Assembly: GCA_965649765.1 (NCBI GenBank) | Contig: OZ287751.1 | Span: forward strand, 11,470,001-11,534,000 | Direction: 5' to 3' | Length of the DNA stretch: 64,000 bases | DNA from: Bispira polyomma | Lineage: Eukaryota | Shown: one piece after another, positions 51,140 to 64,000 of the stretch | Position numbering within the stretch: the first letter of the stretch is position 1 | Layout of the letters: each line of letters begins with the position of its first letter | Notes under the pieces: generated by a model | What the model was told of the DNA's origin: nothing | Database searches by the model: none | What the model saw: the letters and a program-made list of their open reading frames with translations, nothing else | Position numbers and translations under genes: made by a program

Positions 51140-52589
51140 TTTTCACAGCCTGTGGTATTATACACTATAGATGGATTAGGTGCCAGCAAATGAACTTACT
51201 GAACAACAAAAAATGGTGCTAATTAGCAATGCTTTGGCCTTAGCATTGAACTATCCTATAGCTGTGAATGCCAGTGAGTTTATGTACTTAGAAATTAAGT
51301 GTTTGCTAACCATCTATTACAATATAGTAACATTAATAATGTAGACTTGTTTTAGAGCATATTTGTGTCTTTGTATATTCGTCTATATATATTATTTATT
51401 TCAAGAAAAAAAAAAGTTATTTGTTAATCTGTACAGCAGAAATATTTGGAAGTAGTGGTGAATTGAATTGAAGTGTTTGAGGAGCCTTACTATGGGAAAA
51501 GCACACCTGGATATTGATATTAATTGGCAAATTATGTATCAAGAGGAGGACTTTCTACATATAGGTATTTCCCCTGCCATTTATTGGATAAGAATAGATG
51601 TTTTTACCAAAATGTAAGCTATTCTAACAAGGAAAATGCATTGTGTGGTTTGCAAAATTTTTAACAAGATCCTCTAATTTGTAAATGCATGTTTTTTTGT
51701 TAAACAGTTTCTTGTTTAAAGCATCTTAACCTGCATATGATTCATTGTTGCAAATAGCTTCAATTAGATAAAAGTAGGCTCATTAACTTTAAAACATTAA
51801 ATATTGTCTTTTGCAATGTATCTTTGACCTGCCAACTTCTATATTCTAACATTGCCAAAACTAAAATATTGTCCATAGGATACTTTAAATTTACCAAATT
51901 GATTTTTGACACTATCACTCTGGTTAGAGTGAGACTGAAACCAGTAAAGATGACATAATTCCTTCAATGGCTGTTTACTAAAGTATATTATGTTTACTAT
52001 CATTGCCCATAGAAATGCATATAGGCAGTACTCGCAAATAAGTTGCAATAAAATTAATGCCTGACAAGTAATCCAGGTGGCGGTAACACTACCTGCTCTT
52101 CTTTCTTTGTAATTTCTAAACTTCAAGAGCTGCAGAAGATTTGCTTACATGTAAGAAAGAACATTGTGACAAAATGTTTCCACATGTGGCTCTGCCTAGT
52201 GGACAATAAGATAGGAAGATAGCTTTCTAGAGTCAAGGCCACAGATCTGTAATAATTTCCAATCAGTGGCATAGGATCTTCACTGCTGTGTGACCAGTAA
52301 CATTGTAGTCACTAGACATTATAGACAAAGTCAGGAATGCTGAGAGAGTTTGTTGTTGGTTTTTAAAACCATATTTTTTGGCTACTCTGTCCTTGTGGAT
52401 TATGTACTGCATCTGAAAGGCGGAGGACCTGCCTCCAATCCTGGCTCTGGTGAAATAAAAGGGGTATCAGTCTGTTAAGTGAATTGTCAACCGGTCCCTA
52501 GAGGCTGCTAAGACTGCTAAAATTCAAATTACAAAGTGTCATAATGATATGAGTCAGGCCCACCTACAGGTTCTAAGAATTTTAATTTG

Positions 52590-52780
52590 GTTGGATGTCC
52601 GATAGCAAGAATTAGAGGTGAACAAAACCAGAGCTGAAGCACTGTAAATCACTGACCTATGGCAAACACCTTCCCAAATTTCCCCCCATGAAGAATCAAA
52701 CAGGATTCAATCTCCGGATTGGTGAGATGCCAGTACCTCTAAAGAAGACGCTTCTAGCCACTAGGCCACCACAGCCCCCA
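52590..52780 (-). mobile_element. Degenerate tRNA-derived SINE
   Basis: Minus strand GGGGCTGTGGTGGCCTAGTGGCTAG (A box) and TTGAATCC (B box-like); body resembles the other SINE copies. Confidence 0.65.
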
Positions 52781-53488
52781 CAAATTATAAGAAGACTGCC
52801 TACAAACTGCCAAATTTCAAATAAAATTCCAAATTTCCTGAAAGGAAAAGCATGTACTACTTTAAATCCCTTGTAAAAGAACCCTAATAAAACTTAAACA
52901 AAAATGTGGGGCAATGCCCGATAAGACAATACTCCTCCACAAATTTAGATCTTCTGATGCTTTGACAAGGGGGAAATTCGATGAATGATCAAAGTTCAAT
53001 ACAATTGCAAATAAGGGTTATCAAATTACAGGCGGATAAAATAACAATACTTTTTTCTTTGCATCAGATGTCTTCTTTCTGATGGATTGCAATTTTGTGA
53101 AGTATGTGATGTTTTGCAAAGGGAGGAACAAAAATGCAACGAAATGCATTAATATTTTTGGAATGACTAGAGATTAAATATAGTTTTGGAAGTACTAATA
53201 CAGCTATAATACAGTACCTAGCAATGATAGACAATCACAAAATATTTTATAATAAACAAACACGAGGTTTTTATGGTTATTCCAACCTAAGGGTAGCAGT
53301 AAGAGTAACTGAAGAGCAGGGTCATTGTTCTGGAAATAAACTCAGATCGACTCAATTCATTTAATGTTCTAACATAGTTTTAGTAACTTCTCTTATGCAA
53401 TATTCAAAGCTCTAATGAAACTTTTTGACTCCTCAAGTACAGCCACATAAAGACCAGTTTTTACTGGTATGCCCAAATTGAAGACGGT

Positions 53489-53545
53489 TTCCACTTGTGA
53501 TAGGACCTTCCACTCGTGATACGACCTTCCACTCGTGATAGGACC
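53489..53545. repeat. 19-bp tandem repeat x3
   Basis: ttccactcgtgataggacc units. Confidence 0.9.
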
Positions 53546-55787
53546 TAATGATAATGAGGACTAATTGTCAATAATCACTATGTATGTGTCTGTTTCTTGA
53601 AGCCTGAGGTCGCCATCGAACCCATGTCCTTTGCGATCTAAAGTGAGTATGTTACCAACATTGACTCCGATTTGGTCACACAAATCATCTAACATGGAAA
53701 TAATGAATGGATATAATCAGAAGAGATATTAGATTTCAGTCAAGTTTGAGAATTAATTTATTTAATCTATTGGACAGCAGGTCTACGATATCACATCTTG
53801 ATCTGTTTATTTTTGATAATACCCCCAATTGTGAAAATTGACATTAAAATCACACAAACAAAGCTGCATCATGGCACAGAATTTTGACATGTTTACAAAT
53901 TGTATGCGCAAGTGGGATCATAGTTTTTTAGCACTGTGTATATAATCTTATACAGTACAGTAGATTCATTTTAGTCAAAAATGGTGGATGATTAATGTAT
54001 TGGTATTGTGTTTTCAGGGCATTCAAATTCAAATAATTTGTACCCCAAAGTGTCTAACCCATCCCCCAAAAATAGATAGTACTTGAAAGTGATTACCAAT
54101 TAAGCAAATAAATTACATCAAATAGCTCAACGTTTAGCTCCATTAGCATCACAAAGTGGAAACCTTCTTTTGTATCATCTCCCCAGTGAACCAAAATAGA
54201 GTTACAGTAAACTGACACAATTTTGCTACACATTGGACCAAATAGTCATTCAGAATTGTTGACAATGATAGATGTATGTGTGTAGATTTTAAAACCTTCT
54301 AATGTGCTACTATCTAGTGGTTCAAGATATATATTTATTCAGTACACAATGCCATTAAAGTAGTGTTATTAAATTCATTCTCTTTGTTTTGTTTTGAAGT
54401 AGTAAAATGTCGCAGATTTGTTGGGCTTTATTGCATTCCAGAAAAAGATGGACTCATTTGGGTGAACAAACCATTATTTATACTAAGAACCGTTGTGCTT
54501 AATAACTGTATAATGTGACTTTGAATGATCCCCTGTTGACGTCAGTGTGACGTCACAGACATTATTCTAGCATAACGAAACATCCCATCTGATATTCTAA
54601 ACTGTGTGTGCTCAATCAACAGGACAAATAACCCCAAGGCACAATTATCGCCCAAGTACTAAAATATTTACCTAGTGTTCAAGTTGTAGAATAAACAAAA
54701 CTTCTTTGAATACCAGGATAACACAGCCAAAAAATGACAACCCTTAGTGATGAATATATCAAAGCCATTTTGGCAGTAATTGGACTGTTAATATTTATGT
54801 TTCCTTTTATTTTTTATTTTATTGTGGTTTTTAAAAATGTAATTTGTAATTTACTAGTGATAGTAATATCCCACTCTACACCTGTACATATTACTTGTTT
54901 AATATCAAAAATTTCAATCACTAAGAATTGATATTAGCTAGCTTTCAGTAGTAAGCTTGTATGGTGCAAATCAATTCACAATAGAAACTTGTATAGATAT
55001 CAATAAAAAGAGTAAAAATTATTTCCAATAAGTCCTTTGAAAATCAAAAAAATATTAAAAATGTAGTTTGCGACCACAAAACCACCTGGAATGAGTAAAC
55101 CAGATTAAAAGAGATGAGACTTAAGCATTCTCCTGAAATCAAAAAGACTGTTGTTATCTCAGCTCAACTAGGATGTTATTGATTTTGAATTATATATTAA
55201 CTTAGGGGGTTAAACGATACCCAGTGAAGGTACATAGTGTGTCACTATACAAGGATTGGAAATTAGAAACCACTGAAATAACATAGTCTGAGGATATGCT
55301 ATATTTAAGGGTGGTGCACTGGAAATGTTCAAGCTATTTAAGCGCATTTGAATTGCTACTCCAATGGCTTGCAACCAAAACATTTTTTTTTTCAGTTATT
55401 TTCAATGATAGCCACGAGGAGAGAAAAATTTATACCCTAGTAGAAATTTTAGCTTTTTAAAAAACTTTACTGCAAGAAACTGGGAAATAAATAAGCTAAA
55501 TTCCACCAACATTCGTAGAAATTATAAAACAGTGAAATGTTATTTCAGCCAATGTGTCCTCCACTCTCGTGTGTGTGCTGAGTAACCTATAAAATATGCA
55601 CCCAGCTAGCAATACTGATATGCTTGTAGGTTTTGCTCTTTAGTTTCCAGGATAAAATCCCGAGTGTGTGATAATTACCGAACTCCCCCTAGTGAAAGAA
55701 GCCCCTCTATGGGTATGTAGCAGTAACCCCATGTGATTAAAATCTACCCCAATACGTGTGTCTGCCCGGTACGACAGTATTACCCCC

Positions 55788-55818
<31 letters not shown>

Positions 55819-56734
55819 ACACTACCGCCCACATACCCTAACTACCATCATACGATTATTCCCTATGGTTTACAATGTACTTAAGCTACACCCAGTCATA
55901 CAATATGGGCTCTAATGCCATGAATATGATCCCAAACTTGTACCTGTGTTACTCCCAAATGATCTGTAAATACTCTAAGAAGTGTTAAGTAGACGTTCAA
56001 CCAAGATCCTGAAGTGTGTAATACAATAGGAATTTTTACCAAATATTGTTCCACTAAATAGCTGTTATGGATGCCATGTTTTTTATTATTAAAACAATGT
56101 TGAACTTCTTATGAAATAGTTAATAGTGTGAAAGGATTCCCAACATGGCTACCATTTGTGTCACAAAATGCTTTTAAAAATATAACCAAGCAAAATAACT
56201 ATGTATCTGTGGAATTTTCGGTGTATGACGAAAGGGATCAAATCACAAGTTTGTTATGTGCAGTTTTTTTTTCTTTTGTGTACTAAAATTAGGTTTTTAT
56301 TTTGGTCATTGGTAAATCTACTTGTTTGCAAGTAAAATTAATGTAAAGGGGCACAATATGATAATGCTGGTTCGAATTTTTGAGTTAGTCATCTGGTAAA
56401 GTCACTGTTATTACAAGTTGATTAAGGATTTTAATTAGACCGGGAACATTATGTATATAAGAACTTAAATGGTCTTTAATGATCATATAGTAAAGTTAAC
56501 TGACTCTAACATCTGTTTTGAAGATATAGGTTTATTGTGTGATTTCTGTATATTATGGTTCTGTCACTTGTCTGCTGAAATGAATTTTCACATTTGTTGC
56601 TTTCTTAATCTTAGATTTTTTTGAAAGAATTACAACCCACAAAGTTGCCAATTTTTGTTTCATTCTTAAATTTTGGCTTCATTTAAATTTTTTTCTTAAA
56701 AAAGTCAAAGAATAGGAATAAAATAAATTTGAAA

Positions 56735-56846
56735 ATTGTTATTCTTAGAATTTTTCCTAGAATTTTTCTTAGACTAAGAAATTTCTAAGAAATTCTAAGA
56801 ATAACTTTAATTCTAAGAATAAGAATCTTTGTGAATACAGCCCCTG
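56735..56846. mobile_element. MITE fragment with internal ttcttagaat/attctaagaa inverted repeats
   Basis: Ends GTGAATACAGCCC like the TIR of 33297-33403. Confidence 0.55.
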
Positions 56847-59042
56847 GTACATGTTTTTTAAAACATATCACTTCCCCTGTTTCGTCTATTACAATTCCGC
56901 TCTGCTATCACAAAATATAAAAGGAGCAAATCTGTGGATATTAGCATTATATCATCTGCATATAGAGAAAATTGCTGCCCTTATTTAGTCAATAAGGCCT
57001 CCAGTTCCCAGTAAATAAGAATTCTGTCACCCTTGGACCTTATTTGGGAAGTTATGAGGAAAAATGGCGTCTCTATGTCTTGTACCTGTCTTAGATTTAG
57101 AACCGGTTTTTATATTTGGGTGGTATTCTTCACAATAGTTATGTACAGTGTTCAAAAGTATCATTTTGATCACAATATCCATGGAACATAAAAAATATTC
57201 TATTAAGATAAGTTTTTATCACTTTATGATAGTTTGAGCAATTTTATTATTATGTTTCTTGCAAAAAAGTGACGCATTTGACACTTTATTGGACTGAAAC
57301 AAAAATTTGATATGAAAAGTGCAGTTTCCTCAAAGAAATCCCCTTTTCAATATCATGACAAAAACAACTTCCCTCTCTTGTTATTGAAAAACCATGTGAG
57401 TGAATGTGTGGGCAGTGGTGGAACTTTTTAGGAGAGTTGCTTTCCCAAAAAAATGTGATCACTTTAATTTCCGTTTCATATCCAGTTTTCAATCTCCAAG
57501 AATAGATTTAATGCAAAAAGGGAACCAACACTCCATTTTTTATCAACCTAGATATTCTGATAAATGTAATGGAATTCACTGCATTGGGTAAAATACTTAA
57601 AACTGCAGTTTTAAAAGGGGTTTCCTGTTTGCAGGGTACAACTACATCATATACTAATACCCTGGAAAAATACCCCTGAAACAACATAGATGTGAGATGT
57701 GCAAGCTTTTGATGTTACCTAGAGAATAACTACAATATTCCCCACTACTTTAGTGACTAAGCGAATGTATGAAAATTCAAACTAATTTACACCCACTTTT
57801 TAATAAATGACAATTGGTTTCATCAGCTAACTACCATTACATCTCCTAGGACACAACAATTGTTGGGTGGTGCATATTTGGGATGCCCCTCCCCCTCAAT
57901 CCTTCAATGAACTGGTCGTCAAATTTGTAGTTCTCTATCTGGCTTTTATCATCGCTGTATTGTCTCCATGCAATTGCTTCGTTCAACCATAAATGATGAC
58001 ATTCACAAAGCAATCAATAGGTTCTGTTTAGTTCTACACAGGAAGGGCAAATAAGCTTTTAGCAAGGTAGTTCATTTTGGTGTAGTGAGAGTTGAAAACA
58101 AAGGATACTAAATCAGAGCATATTGGGTGTTGTTGCACCTGTTATTTTTAATACTGTTGAGAATAGTCTACACTCTGAGAACTTTGTTTTACACCGAGCA
58201 CCTAAATTGGCCAAGCGTAAATGCTTTGTATTTATCTGGTTCCCTCAAGATATATCACTATATTTCTTCAAAATACTATATTATTTCTTTAAAATATTAT
58301 CTCATTCAACGATATCATATATTGACATTTGTTTTTAATTCTATCTTAATTCACTTGAAGGTCACCTTAGAGAGTAATCCTAATTTTACAGAATGTATAT
58401 CAGTTAAAATTGAGATAGCGCTTTATACAACTTTTAACAATAGTATTATGTGCTGTATCAAGATAGGTAGTGGTACGGACACTATATTTCTGCAGTGTGA
58501 AGGACCAAACTCCTTTACCACCAGCACAGCTTAGCAATAGTTTACATGCTAGCACAGTTTAGCAATAGTCTATTAGGGCTTTACTTCGACCTTTTTCTAA
58601 AAACTTGATGAAAATTGTCAGTAAAAATAAATTCTATTTTGTTAAGAAACAATTGAGTATTTATATTTCCAAAATTAATTTTGATTTTGGATATCCTCTT
58701 GGATTGTCTTTCATTCTGAGTTTAAACTCCAAAACCCAAGAAAACTAAAATTAAAAGATCCCAACAAACTGTTCCATTCAAACTTTTTAATCCTTTATTT
58801 AACACAGGAATCTCCAAATACCCCTTTCCCCCTTGTTATATAATACTTTTCCAGACAACAGAGGGACACTTGTAGCCATTAGCTACAAGATTAATGAGCA
58901 GAGCAATATGTTGCCAGAATATTGGAAAAAAGACCCTTAGCACACCCCAAGTTCCAGATAGTGGTTTAATCATCCTCCGAGAGACTCAGCCTTATTATAC
59001 AGTGGGTTTAAGCCTTGTTCTTATCCCAGTGGGACTTTAGGG

Positions 59043-59390
59043 TTAGGGCTTTTGGCCGAATTCAAGTTCATTTTTCTAACCTCCCTTTAAACTGCACCTC
59101 TTCTCCCATCTGATTGAACTGGTTCGTCTTCTTGGCAAATATAAATCCCGGATCGATAGATAAAGCTCCCATTCCATAGCTTTTGGCCATTTGACGGCAC
59201 TTTTGTGTGGCAAGGGGGAGAGGGGGGTTAGAAGGCCTGCGGGGAAGGAGGGGGTGTTTGATGAGGGGTGGGGTATCATCTGACTCCCTAGCTACTATTG
59301 ATTGGACTAAAGAGTAATATTGTCAAATAGAGCGTAGAATTTCCCACCCACACTAATCCAACAGACAGACTGACTGACTTTCTATTGAGA
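59043..59390. repeat. Dispersed repeat, copy 1 (copy 2 at 62690-63032)
   Basis: Colinear similarity including a long identical block ggggtatcatctgactccctagctactattgattggactaaagagtaatattgtcaaa; ends in (acag/actg)n. Confidence 0.9.
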
Positions 59391-62300
59391 CTTAAGATGG
59401 TTTTGTACAACACTGTATACTGTCAGAACACCGAAAATAGCAAACCTCGGAAAAACAAAGACACACAGTTGGTATAGATATCATAGTAGAGTCAAGCCTA
59501 TATGATATATTGTTTGTGAAAATATAACTATCCTTTAAGACCATGTGTTGTTACTTTTATTACTTCTTTGTATATATACGCTACAAAGCTACTTGGGGCT
59601 CAAAAAGGTTTTCTCCTTGTTAACGAAACATTAGGAAATCAGTTGCTTGTGGTTTTAGCTTGGACCCTGCCACACAGTAGAAATTGGCACAAAGATTAGG
59701 CAATAATAATATACAGACACATTTCTAATAGGTTCAGGATGATTTTTATAAGGTTTAATTTAGATAATATTTTCCATAAGAGCCAGTTTTGCAGTCAATA
59801 AATATAAAGAATATCAATGGAATTCGTGTGATAAGCATATTTGATTAATCAAATTGAAAGATAAATCACAATAGATACAGACTAAAAATCACACCAACTG
59901 AAAAAATTAATATATCAAATTGTAATCAAGTTGTCTAAGATTAATATGTTTTCGATATCAAACAAAGAAAAACGTCCACAGCACTTGTCACGTGACTGAC
60001 AATAGACCAGTCTCTGGAGACTAGAGCAATGTTTACTGTGCACTAAATGGGCGATAAAAGAAGGATTTAAAGCTATTTGTCTTCTAGATCAGAGGTGTAG
60101 GCCAAGTAATTTCTTACACGGAAGCCGACAAAATAAGAGCTTTTGCACTTATTGCTGCCAATTGATGTTTATGCCTCAGTTAGCAAAAAGAAAAAAGGAA
60201 TCAGCTGAAGACAACAATCATAGTGGGTCCCATTTAGAATGTATTTGTTGCTATTCATGGTAACTTCTACTCAGTTGAAGTCTATTTGCAGTTAAGAGAG
60301 AGAGATTTTTTTTTATTTTAGTGCCACCTGCACTCTAATATATATATATATATATATATATACATTTTTAACAAGCTATAACTATGGCAGCCAGCCCAGC
60401 ATACATGGGCTTATGAGGCACTTTTGTATGTATATTACATGAGATTTAAGTAATATATATACACTATATACAGCAGTTATACATATCAATATATACAAAT
60501 ATTACCTAAAGTATAAAACATGTGACACATAGGTACATCATATAACCGGTAGTCCAAGGCTAATTAAATATTAGAGATTTACGTTTGTCATATATAGTCA
60601 CCAAATAATTACAAAAATGAGTTATATTTTCTTTTTGCATCTGCAATTTTAACTTTTCTGGGTAACTCAAAACATCAAAATCAGGGTATTTACTTTAAAC
60701 ATAGTTATGAATTTACTTTGCTCATTATAAAAAGCTACACTGTTGAAAGAGAAATGAATTTCGTTCTCTATATATTCATTGCAGAGTTTGCATATTCTTT
60801 GTTCAATTTGAACTTGATTCCAATGGCCAAGTTAAATTTTTAGATGTAGTACTCCACTTCTAAATTTAAATACTATCGCCCTATGTTTTCTATGTTGAAG
60901 TCTGTTTGCTTATATTTTTTGCTGTAAAGTTTAGTTCATTATACCTAACCTCATCATCCTTTCAGATACTTAATCTTTGTATCGACGGGTTTTAAAGTTT
61001 GACCAGGTTTTGAATTTGTGAAGAAACTGAAAGATCAGAAAGTATATCCAAAGATAATTCTTTACACAGTTTGGGAGCCCTATATGTCAAACTATCAGTG
61101 GAATATCTTTTGTGGATATATGATACGACTGTAGGCATGCTGAACAAGGCTTTATTGAACCTAGCTTGATTTGGCTTTAATATAAGTTTGAAAAAACGTT
61201 AGATTATATTATATCAAGTTGGTACTGAGTAGTTTGTCAAGATTTATTCACAATAAACAACACTTACATTTAACAAGTCTACTAAAGATAGTCACAGCTT
61301 AATATTTAAACTTAAATATCATTAGCTACCATCACAGTACTCTTTTCAAAACAGCAGGAGAAATTAAATAACCAAATTTGAAAAGGAAAATAAAGAGCAA
61401 ATATCTTGTGTGCATCTGTGTTTCATTTAAGATCAGTAAAGAATAAAATGAGACGCAATCTATGTATAGGGTTTTTTCCAAAAGATAATTTAAAAAGAGA
61501 AGTCACCGCTTTAAAATAAAATTATTTTCTGTAAAAAAAAAGAACCACATATCAATAACCTTCATATGTGTCAGTAAATTATTATGTGTCAGTCTATTGT
61601 TTTAAAATGCCATGAACTCCATCCTAATTGTTTGTGAACAAATAAAATGAACAGACCTCCTTTCAAGTAATGAGATTTTTATTTGTAAGGAAAACGTTTT
61701 TGTGAAACTAAAACTGGCATCTTGGTGTCATGCAATCTGCTTGCTTGCCAAGTGATGTAAAAATTATTGTTTGGGCAAAATGATATTGCATCTGAATAGG
61801 AAAAGATTGCTCAATAATTTTTGCCAAGCACATTTTTCAACCTCTACTTAATTTGAAAGATTTAATTTGGTTCTAAAATGTATTATTTTGAGGCATTGTG
61901 AAGGTAGGAAATATTATGATACTACTTACTTTTAAAAATAATAATCCTACTAAAATTGTAAAGAAAAATTAATCTGTGTTGAAAGTTTTAGGCTTTAACA
62001 AATATGATGTATAGCAACAACACATAATTAACTTTTAGCTGTAATATGCAATGTAGATTTCAATGAATGCAAATAGCATTTTGAATGAGCTCTAGAAAAA
62101 TATGATGCATATACAAATGATATTATCAGACTAACTTATATAAAAATGTCAACCTAAATCCCATACCGGCTCTGAATATTCATTAAAATGAACCAATATA
62201 AATAAATACATTACAATAATATTGAAGAAGTACATAATTGGCATTAGGAATCCACATGGGCTGTTGATAACAGGAGAGTTAAAAGAAATTCACGTGCTCG

Positions 62301-62689
62301 TCCTTGTATATACATATTATGTTAACGAGCAAATGTTTAACTAATTTGAGAAAAAATATTTTCTGCCCAAGAAACAAACACACTTTTTACTTGTCATACA
62401 ATCTTGTTACCTACTAAATGGAAGAAAAACTATTGCAAGAAAATTTTACTTGATAAAATACCATCATGAAATAGCTTAGTGATAGTTCCTGTTAACAGTA
62501 GTTACTGTTAACAAATGTGACTATATGATGTCCTACTAAGAAGGCTTTATATTCCTGAATAGTTATTCAAGCCTAACCACCTGCTCAACTCAAAGACTAT
62601 GCTAAGGTCCTTGTTTATGGTAGTATGTGTGTGTGGCCATTTGGAATGTTGAATTCAAATTTCTGTTGGAATTTCTATAGTTGTTAGGA

Positions 62690-63032
62690 TTAGGGCTTTT
62701 GTCCAAGTTCAGGTGTGTTTTTGTCTAACCATCCTTCAGACTGCACCTCTAGCTTCCTACATCTGATTGAACTTGTTCGTTTTCTTGGCAAATATAAATC
62801 CTGGATCTATATATAAAGGTCTCTTTCCATAGCTTTTGGTGATTTGACGGCACTTTTGTGTGGCAAGGTGGGTTGGGAGGCCTGTGGGGAAGGAGAGGGT
62901 GTTTGATGAGGGGTGGGGTATCATCTGACTCCCTAGCTACTATTGATTGGACTAAAGAGTAATATTGTCAAACACAACGTAGCATCCACCACCGGCACCA
63001 ATCGTACAGACTGACTAGTTTTAGAGTAGGAC
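62690..63032. repeat. Dispersed repeat, copy 2
   Basis: See 59043-59390. Confidence 0.9.
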
Positions 63033-63248
63033 TTACCAAGGTTTTCGACCACATCACATGACGTTTGAACAATGAACAGAACTGATATAATATTGATACG
63101 CAATTTGTATGGATAACATGATATACATTAATTTCAACCATCCTTCAATATATATTGACTCTTAAACTATAGTTCATTTACGATATAGTGTATGCATCTG
63201 CCATTGTGGAATAGTAAGTAAGACATTCACTTTGAAACACATATGACC

Positions 63249-63496
63249 TGGTCTCGATCTTTGGTGAGAAGGTACTGGCAGATACATAGTGGCTCGGACA
63301 ACCACTTAAAATGGCTTTCCTCTGTCATTGGGTCCTATCCCCAGTGGTAGGCTAAAGATCCTTCCGATCGTTGAACAATCCCCAAGCATATCTCTTCAGT
63401 TGGGGGGAATTATAATTAAACTAATGCCGCACTGAGTTTCACTTTTTGATTATCAAGAAATTTTCTTACATTTTTATTTTAAAGGAAAACAGCCAT
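63249..63496 (-). repeat. Dispersed repeat, reverse-complement copy of 18939-19169
   Basis: Direct comparison. Confidence 0.88.
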
Positions 63497-64000
63497 TTTT
63501 TTGTGGAGAGTAACATCAGCTGACATTCTGATGTCATGCAATCCGCTGGCTGGAAAATCGAAGTAAAAATTAGTTGGTGGCCGGGTGGAGCAAAACAAAT
63601 TACATCTGGATAGGTGAAAAATTGTTCAGTAATCTTTGCCTTGGACATTTTTTATTTCCAGTACTTGTAATGTAGAAAGTGATTTTTGTTATGGCTTTGA
63701 ATATGTTTTGGGCATATATTAGTGAAATATTGGGAAACCTGATAATCAGTTAATTACTTTCAAATTATAAACATTAATTTCTGGTAAAATTTTCAGGTTC
63801 TGAAAAAAAATGTGATCTTTTGTAACAATGTGTATTTGGCATGAAAGCTGCACTACGTATGCAATGTGGGATATTTTGACTTAGTGAATGCAATAAAAGG
63901 CTGGTAAACTTTTTTTCTGTGTGTCATGATGTGGTATTTCTGGGACTTTCACAATGCCCAACTCGATAGAAGAAAAACATAAAATAATTTTAGGAGCAAA

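Overview
AT-rich, repeat-dense eukaryotic DNA, probably from a marine invertebrate (mollusc-like SINE/MITE/Helentron content; this is an inference). It holds three distinct tyrosine-recombinase retrotransposons of the Ngaro type (gag, RT-RNase H, YR; no adenine methyltransferase): E1 ~2230-8060 (-, decayed), E2 ~14900-18935 (+, decayed and more divergent), and E3 41281-48600 (-, near-intact, full A1...B1-A2-spacer-B2 split direct repeats). The window also contains the first coding exon of a host MATH/TRAF-like gene (31870-32307 +), L2/CR1 LINE fragments, tRNA-SINEs, MITEs, Helentron-like elements and a composite minisatellite. Main result: comparing the three elements suggests a shared expression scheme. 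(1) A conserved phase-1 GT-AG intron from mid-gag to just past the pol stop would fuse N-terminal Gag in frame to the YR, which has no start codon of its own, in all three elements. (2) Gag-Pol appears to be made by UAG readthrough in E1/E3 but by a -1 frameshift in E2. (3) E1/E3 Pol has an unrecognised N-terminal domain. (4) E3 carries a 1.27-kb A2-B2 spacer with hairpins that pair better on the element-sense strand. These are read from sequence only and need RNA/protein confirmation and a literature check for novelty.
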